From NCBI GenBank assembly GCA_034226945.1, contig CP120459.1:186001-250000 (forward strand): a stretch of 64,000 nt of DNA. The letters are read 5' to 3'. The translations under genes were made by a program, and so were the position numbers. Shown here in pieces: positions 56,014-64,000 of the stretch. Numbering within the stretch: the stretch's first letter is position 1; every line of letters starts with the position of its first letter. Source of the stretch: Picochlorum sp. SENEW3. Its lineage: Eukaryota. Below the pieces are notes generated by a model. It saw only the letters and a program-made list of their open reading frames with translations, had not been told where the DNA came from and made no database searches.

Positions 56014-57021
56014 ATGGATAGATCGATTGAAAAAGGTGTTGCAATGAGCGATGCTCATTGTCACCTTCAGGTATGCTGGCACGGTTTTTTCCTTGCTATT
56101 CTTCTCCGTAATCTTCCTCAATAAAACGTGGGCATGTCTATACAGGATCCAAGGTATCATGATGTAAGAGAATCGATATTGAGTTCATGCGTCACAGAAC
56201 TGGGCATGGGCAGTATCGTGGCGAATGGAACTCATCCAGGTGACTGGCCCCACGTGCTTGCTCTTCAAAGGGAATACCCTGATAGTATACTGCCACAACT
56301 AGGACTACATCCATGGTGGATAGAAACCTCCCAGTCTTCTTCTTCTTCTTCTTCTTCTTCGTCTCCTTCATCTGATGACTGGCTTGATGAGTTGAGAAGG
56401 CTATTGGTTGAGAACCCACATGCAGGACTCGGAGAATGTGGATTGGACAAGAGCGGGTCTCGAAAGCACACGTTTCAACAACAGTGTGTAGCATTTGAGA
56501 AACAGATTCACCTTGCTTTAGAGCTCAATCGTCCACTATCCGTCCACTGTGTGCGAGCTTACGGTGCCATGTATGACCATGTCAAGGATATTGGTGGTCG
56601 AATTCCAGTCATGCTGCATGGATGGGCAGGGTCCCCAGAAATGACCCGCATGTTTGCACAACTTGACAATGTCTTCTTCTCGTTGAATCTCACCATCGTA
56701 AAAATGGATCCGAACACGTGTATACGCATGGTGCGCTCCATACCCAGCGATGCACGTCTCCTGGAGAGCGACGGACCAGATGGTGGGTTGGATGACATTC
56801 CAGAAGCAGCCTTGAACGCATGGTATGACGTTTTTCCATCGTTCAAAGATGATGTGGAGCGATACAAAACGTCGTCCGCAGTGATGCGTGGCATCAATAC
56901 ACCAGCATGTGTGTCCCTGGTAGGCAGACTGATTGCCCTCATCACAGGCACCTCGTACGATTCTATTCAGGCACGGGCTACTAGCCTTGTACACCATATA
57001 TTTGCTCATTATTTACAATAG
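56014..57021 (+). CDS. TatD-family deoxyribonuclease
   Basis: Exon 1 56014-56070 (SDAHCHLQ), intron 56071-56145; LGLHPW, LGECGLD, SVHCVRA, LHGW, LLESDGP. Confidence 0.9.
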
Positions 57022-57202
57022 CATGAAAGGAAGGAAAATGAGGGAAAAAAGTAGCATATGTGTTGAGTACCACAACAACAGTAAAACTTCTTCAGCTTTG
57101 CAAAACAAGAATTCTGCAGACATGTGCTGTCCATGAAACTACATCTACCTGAGCACCAAACTTTTCAGTTCTCTAGTATACTACAGGGATTACTACAGAA
57201 TT

Positions 57203-58664
57203 CTAAAACTCCATTGGGGCTCCAAGAGGAGGTGGTCCACTGTTTGCCACATTATGGAACTTTTCCAGAGAAAACTTCTTGTACACGGCAGTCAATGAAC
57301 CTTCTGGCGCCTTGTTATACAGCGTATGAAGCATTTCAATGCACTCTCTCAAATCATGATGGGAATGCGTGCTATGCTTCTGGAGCTCCCCATGCACAGT
57401 GGCATGTCCAAATTTGGCCAGGGTTGCATACACGGAAGCAGACGCAATCTGGGAATATTTGAAACGCAACATGGAGTAATCTGGGAGTGCCAACTCGACC
57501 AAATATGTTGCATAATTGACAGCTTCGGCATCTTCAGCCAAGCCTGCCACCTTGAGGAATCTGTGCAAAAAGTGATAGTGGGTTGGGATTGTCAAGTTGA
57601 ATTTGAGAGAATTCAACATGATCTTTTCCATGTTCAGAATCTGATCACGATTGTACGCGCGATCAGAAATATAGACAAAATCTCTGACCTCTGGTGCCCA
57701 AATCTCCTCATACTTTGATGCAACCAACATTGCAGTCACACCAACAAGCTGCAAATGTTTTCTAGAGACAGATTTGACCATCAAAAATCGATCGATCAAA
57801 TTCATTGTAAGATAGAGCGTCTCTGGAACAAGCTTGAACTTGAGATGCACATCAACCAGCCAATCAATGAGAATTGATCTCATCTTCTCATTGATATCTT
57901 GTTGCCTCGACATGTAGGTTGAGCTAATCGTCATATTCTGTTCCAGCGATCTATACGACTTGAAAATATACTTTACAAAATCAGCAGCTGCCAATGGGTT
58001 CTTCGCATCTGCCACATCCACATCATCCATTCTCCTCTGCTTCACAGCAGATCTCATCTCCTCATCACCATCTCCAAACCTAGAACGGCCAACAACTGGA
58101 ATCTGCTCATCACGTGGTCGAAGCCCTCCGCGCGGCCTTCCTCCCCAACTATCCCGTCCCTGTGCATTGCCATTCTCGGCAGCCTGCAACTGCGCAGCAG
58201 CTCGACGAGTCAGGACCCCAGCCCTCTTGGCTCCTCCTCCAACGCCAGCTCCAATATTGTTCCCAATATCCCCCAGCGCACTGCAACAAATACTCAACAT
58301 AAGAACTATCATACACCACAACGTATGTACGGCGTCAATCGACCATCCCAGACACCAACCTAGGGACTGCGCATCTCAACGGTCACCGCATCTGAGTTGC
58401 TCCGACCACCCCATGCTCACCCGCACAGCACCCATGATGCCTCAAATACACGATACAAGTACATATAATTGTTTGTATACAACCCCCGTCCTCAAACCAT
58501 GAGGAATAACCCCTTCCTTGTCCCGCAACAATTGGCCTCGGTCGACGATTCAACAATGCCATACACACGCACCGTCGTTGCCCAGCTTGCCCATTGCAAG
58601 CAGCACCAAGCCCATCTATGTTTTCTTGGTCATGCATTCGCATACCATACTGAGAATGCTGCAT
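57203..58664 (-). CDS. CYCB1: B-type mitotic cyclin
   Basis: QENI N-terminus, D-box-like (R)SALGDIGN, cyclin box MRSILIDWLVDVHLKF, LQLVGVTAMLVASKYEEIWAP; 5' exons approximate. Confidence 0.9.
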
Positions 58665-59064
58665 GATTGGTACCCGTGGATCTCGTTCTCGGGAATGAAA
58701 ATAGTGACCGTTTGCTGCACCACTACCGAATGATCTACTACCTATATATCAATAGGAAATAGTTGAATCATACGTTGGAGATTTGGAAACTATGAATGTG
58801 TTTTACGACTGTATGGGTCCGAGGCACGGTTGCCTCTGAAGACTCGGTAACAACCGATTGCCTTCGAGCGCGCCTTTTTAATGTTTTATAGAAGGAAAAC
58901 AGAGACCCCACACACAGATGGGGATATTATTATTCATCTATACGCTTCAATTCCCATTTTATATCTATCTGAATTAAACAAAAATAACACCTAAATCTTG
59001 TCTCTTCCTCGCTGATTCTGTCAAGGTCAAAATCGACAAGAAGAACAGGAGCGAGGCACATGGA

Positions 59065-59733
59065 ATGCAGGAGCATATACCCTTGCTGATTGCGTTTGAT
59101 TTGGATGGGACATTGTGGTACGTGTGCATCAAAAGTGTTTGAGATGCTTTCTGGGCTAGTAGTAGTAGTACATCATCTTGTTGTAGGTACCCAGAGGTGG
59201 ATACCTTGTCGGACGCTCACACCCTGCGTCCAGTCGATGGTGTGTGCGAACGAACTGGCATGACCCGATGTATGGGGGTTTTGGACGAGTATGGATCGTG
59301 TTTGCGTCTGATGGGGGACTCGGAGGAGATACTGTCCGAGTTGATGGATGGGGAGATGTGGGATAATACCCTGGTGGCCTATGTGTCGAGAACGACAGAG
59401 ATTGAGTCTGCCCACTTATGTTTGCGGCATGTAACCGTCGCGAGCAGTGGTACAACAATGGAGGATATTGGGCACCATAGTGAAATTTTTCCTGGGTGCA
59501 AGGTACATCATTTTCGCAATTTGAGTCAAGCTACTGGTATAGCTTTTGAGGATATGCTCTTTTTTGACAATGAGAGGAGAAATACCGCGGATGTGTCAAA
59601 GGGATTGGGGGTGACCAGCGTATACACGCCGTATGGAATGACGAGATCGGCCTGGGAGATTGGATTGCGTGCGTTTGCAGAGGCCAAGCAGGGTGGAGGA
59701 CGTGGACATGTGTTGGATCAAAGGGACTGTTGA
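59065..59733 (+). CDS. MDP1: Magnesium-dependent phosphatase 1 (HAD, MDP-1 family)
   Basis: Exon 1 59065-59117 AFDLDGTLW, intron 59118-59186, VSRT, EIFPGCKVHHF, MLFFDNERRN. Confidence 0.88.
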
Positions 59734-59874
59734 CTGACCGAGATGGATGCAGACATGCTCTACACGTGTATTTTTCAATAATGGGATGCAATTCATGCGA
59801 CAATGCAATTTAATTTATTAGGACTGTTTTATTTGCTGCATGCTATCGATGCGAACATTGGGAAGGGAACAGAA

Positions 59875-60505
59875 TTAGTGCCCTGTTCTTCCAGCCAAGG
59901 TCACTCTGCCATTCCTGACAAAAGCCTTGTAAAAGAGGTCAGAGTATCTGTCAGTTTTGTACCCGTTGGGGTTCACGCGAATCACCATATCAGTCTTATT
60001 GAGGTTATATTTTCTTCTGCCAGCCTTTGTTGGGACGCAGACTCTTACAAATGGTCGCCTCATGGTGAATTTCTTTGTCATTTTGAAGCCGCTCTTCTCC
60101 AAAGAGTCAATCACCGATTCCTTGACATCATTAATCCATGGCTCATTTTTGGTCAGTTTTCTCCACGAATCATGATATTTGGCTTTGCTGGGATTATTCC
60201 ACATGTCTGGCTGTCGTCTTGCGTACAAAAGCTGCCAGTATTTGTTATCGTCTTTGTCTCCTGGAGCTGCATAGAACAACACAGATTGTTACGTCCCCTC
60301 TCTCGACCGCCCTACCGCGTACAGTTCTCAAGCCTACCACGATACTGAATATTGCGGTCTCAAAAACGCAAGAATAAATCTTTTTTATATTTTACATGCA
60401 AGTTCACGTACTTCCAAATCCTGTTCGGCATTTTCCCGCCAATGTGCCTACAAGTTGTAGACTTACGAGGACGAGGGCAAGGAATACTCTTCTCAAGTAG
60501 TACAT
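59875..60505 (-). CDS. Hypothetical secreted basic protein (exon structure uncertain)
   Basis: ATG 60505 MYYLRRVFLALVLVSLQLVGTLAG (signal-peptide-like) ending at a GTACGT donor; last exon in ORF 59875-60282 after TATGCAG acceptor. Confidence 0.5.
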
Positions 60506-60752
60506 GGATACTGCGGTTCAAATGAATACAAATGTGCTGTACAGTGCTTTAATATTAGAAAGAATTTATAAACATGAGTTTTCTTTGTGCATTTGGACGA
60601 CTTGTATGAGCACCAGTGCACCATGATGGAGGCGCTGTCAGCCTAACGATCTGTGTGACAGCGTCGCTCAAGTCGCTCGACGCGCGGACTGGACACGTGG
60701 CAAATTCATGGCAGTCTCAGAAAGATTACACGACTCGACCGATATGTATATA

Positions 60753-63290
60753 CTAATGAGTGTATGATTCTTTTAGTGTCACAGTCCTGTTGAGAACAAT
60801 AGAGCTTCCGTTTTGAGAGTCTGGGTCGACACAGAAGTAGCCCAAGCGCTCCAATTGGAATCTCTGGCCAACCTTGGCAGAGGCAAGTCTGTCTGTACAG
60901 AAGCATCCATTCAGCTTGACCAGACTCTCTGGGTTGAGGTCACCCAACCAGTCGTCGGTGATGTTTGCAGATTTGAACAGAGTGCTGTATAGACGGGCTT
61001 CAAAGGTTGGTGGCTGCTTTCCTGGTGCAGGCTGGCCGACCCAGTTGAGGACCCCTTTGGGAGGCTTTTTGCCAGCATACTCTGGATCATATGTGGCACG
61101 AACCTCCACAACATCTCCAGATGTAGGATCTACAGTATAATCAGTGCACGTGATTGGGTACGCATAGCGCAGCATGATTGTTTTTCCAGGTGCCAGGCCA
61201 TAGTAATCCTTGCTATCCTTCTCCCTGAAATCCGTTGATTCTATATACACCGTCTTCGTGAAAGGAACCTTGTACACCTCTTCAGAACGTCCAGGGAAGA
61301 CTTTTGCCTCAACCTGTTCGATGTGATCATCCGAAAGATTGTCAATCACCACCTTCAGAGGGCGGAGCACTGCAAGAACTCGCTCTGATGTCGCATCCAA
61401 ATCTGTCCTGATGTGATACTCCAGCTTGTGTGGATGAACCTCCGACTCAGATCGAGTGATTCCTAGTTCTCTGCAGAACATATTGATCGATTCCGGGGTG
61501 ACACCTCTGCGCCTCAGACCAGCAAGAGTCATCAATCTAGGATCATCCCACCCAGAGACATACTTGTCAGTGACCAATTTGTTCAATTTCCTCTTTGACA
61601 GTACAGTATGCGTGATATTCAGTCTCGAATACTCCCATACAAGAGGTTTGTACATATCCAGAACTTCCAAGAGCCAGTAATAGCTCGCTCTGCGAGACTC
61701 AAATTCCAAGGTGCATAGAGAATGTGTGATATTCTCCAAGGAATCCACAACACAGTGTGTGAAATCATACGAGGGATAAATGCACCATTCATCCCCAGCT
61801 TTTGGATGTTCAGTAAATTTGATCCTATATGCGATCAAATCAAACATATTCACATTCTCGTTCTTATGGTCCATTCTCATACGGAGTGTCGCTGTTCCCT
61901 CATCAAACAACCCTTTCCTCATATCATCAAACAGCTTCAAGGACTCTTCAATCGGTCGATCACGCCAAGGAGATGGCTCCTTCTTCTCACGCGATTCTTT
62001 AATTTCATCACCATTCTGATGGCAGACATATGCGTGCCCTGACTTGATCAGCTGTACAGCCAAGGCATGCAGCTCATGAAAGTAATCTGACGAGTATGTA
62101 ATCTTGAATGGCTCCCACCCAAGCCAGTGAATAATATCTTGAATATGATCTATGTATTCTTGTTTTTCAGCCTCCGGATTGGTATCATCGTATCTCAAGT
62201 AGCAATTTCCCTCATACTGCTTTGCCATGCCAAAATCAACAAACATGGCCTTGGCATGTCCAATATGGAGATATCCATTTGGCTCTGGAGGAAACCTCGT
62301 CATCACCTTACCACCTGTTTCCTTCAAATGCTGCTGAAGTTTGGCATTCGTGTTTGAAATATTCATGGTGGATCCATCAGACATGTATACTGTTGTATGG
62401 ACAGTATTGTTCTCCTCTGGCTTTGGGAAGAATGCATACGGATCAGCAGTCTTCCACGACTCATCCACCACATTTTCAACCTTTGGTTTCTTTTCCTTCT
62501 TTTCCTTCTTCTTCTTCTCCTTCTTTGGAGGTGGCTTCATATCCTCCTCCGTTTTTGGTCCCAGCAGAGCAACAACCTGCGCATCTAGTTCCTCCCTGAC
62601 AAGGGCCACATCCGCCCACTTCAATGCCTTCAACACTTTGCCAAACATGGGATTCGTATTCATATGATATCTCATTTCTTTCAACTTTGCCTCATTTTCG
62701 TGAATAACCTCCTTCACTTCTGCCTGTATTTCTTCCTGACTGACCTCCATGCCCACACCAGATGCCTCCTCCAAAGCAGACACATCACCCAAGTCTTCAC
62801 CCCCTACCTGCTTCAAAAACTTCATACCACCCTCCAATTGAGCAGAAGTCTTCACTTTATCTTGCATGATCAGAGACAAGAACACCTTTCTATGCTTCAG
62901 GGCATTTTGAGGGAAGACAGTTGCCACAGAATACAAGTGGGCTCCTGTAGCTTTATCACACCCAGACTCCAGAGCCCCTGCCTCCTCCACGACTGCCAAC
63001 AGCTCCTGCGTCACTTTTTTGTTCTTCAGCGTATTCCTACAAGAGCAAGACAGATGAAACGCGGTCAGAACACGACTATGCGCAAAGCCCCTGTCTAGGC
63101 AACCACTCCAGCGGCAGCAACCTCCACCACACCGTCAGATACCAGATTGCACACGATGATATGGGTTGTGTCCAAATATAACAGGGTATTGCATATCCAT
63201 GCCCCTACAGGGTCAGTCAACGTACTCGATCGTCTTCGGCGCCATGCCAATTTTGGCAAATGCCTCTGCGATATCTTCATCCGACGCCAT
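60753..63290 (-). CDS. QARS: Glutaminyl-tRNA synthetase, cytosolic
   Basis: RFPPEPNGYLHIGHAKA, CTLEFE, LSKRK, FQLERLGYF; short exon 1 from ATG 63290 (MASDEDIAEAFAKIG). Confidence 0.96.
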
Positions 63291-63500
63291 TGTCAAGTAA
63301 TACTGTGATTTTTTTTATCAACGTAACAGGATTGCAACGCCATCATGCGTGCTGTGAATACAAATTCATCCGCATTCTCTCTTTATTTGAAAACATTTGA
63401 AATGCTCGATCGGAGTTTTGAATCGTTCAAATCCTCACCTGGCAGCAGTTGTCTTTAGATACATTATAAATCCTTCTCAGAATACTTGAGTGAGGCTACT

Positions 63501-64000
63501 ATGAAGATTGTCGTGAAAAATAGGGGAGGAGCGAACGTGCTTCCTGATGGAATTCTTCTCAGTGACTCTGTACGTGACTGTGAGCCACATCGATGCATTT
63601 GCTTGATCATTTTTGGTATAGATATACGCATCTATGCATCCAAATGACATCATTACCAGGCAGAGTTCACGGTGATTGAAATTCTGACTGAATAAGGGAA
63701 ACGTCTGCAGGCAACTGTCAAGGACCTGAAGGAGCAGTTTCATGTGTTGAAGCCAAAAACATATCCTTCGAGGCAACGATGGACCATTCCAGTCAAGACT
63801 GAGGGGTCCACTGGGACACATCAAAAGCCAACTGTGCTCAACAAGGATGATCAGAAGCTGAGCGACTATGGCATTGTGGATGGGTCAACACTCATCTTCA
63901 AAGATCTTGGGCCACAGATTGGTTATTCTACTGTCTTCTTTTGGGAATATTTTGGACCTCTGGTGATATATTTCCTCATGTATCTTTTGCCTACAAAACT
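63501..64000 (+). CDS. ECR: Very-long-chain trans-2-enoyl-CoA reductase (TECR/CER10), 3' end outside window
   Basis: Not in the ORF track. Exon 1 from ATG 63501, intron to 63710, then ATVKDLK...YPSRQRW...FKDLGPQIGYSTVFFWEYFGPL. Confidence 0.9.

Noticed and set aside
56334..56362. (TCT)n tract; also (GT)n at about 46540-46557 and (CCT)n at about 13475-13500
   Set aside because: Ordinary microsatellites (poly-Ser, intronic, poly-Glu).

Overview
Gene-dense eukaryotic nuclear DNA with short GT-AG introns, very short intergenic spacers and many plastid-targeted proteins (ARC6, SecA1, ClpR, RPE, TrpA, BASS4). This points to a compact-genome green alga (Picochlorum-like trebouxiophyte; inferred, not proven). 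I can support about 32 protein-coding loci, mostly housekeeping genes. No rRNA, tRNA, CRISPR or clear transposon was recognised. Highlights: (1) an intronless secreted protein with a Diedel-like cysteine domain, an EF-hand and a hydrophobic tail, head-to-head with a single-pass receptor kinase bearing a CBM2-like ectodomain; (2) recurrent GC/CpG-rich chains of overlapping palindromes upstream of transcription units, with no shared primary sequence; (3) an aldo-keto reductase with two domains identical over 824 bp but diverged in their flanks; (4) an ankyrin pseudogene and a kinase with an in-frame TAG; (5) same-strand genes 49-101 bp apart and convergent genes 4-46 bp apart. All family assignments come from motif recognition by eye; no database searches were run.
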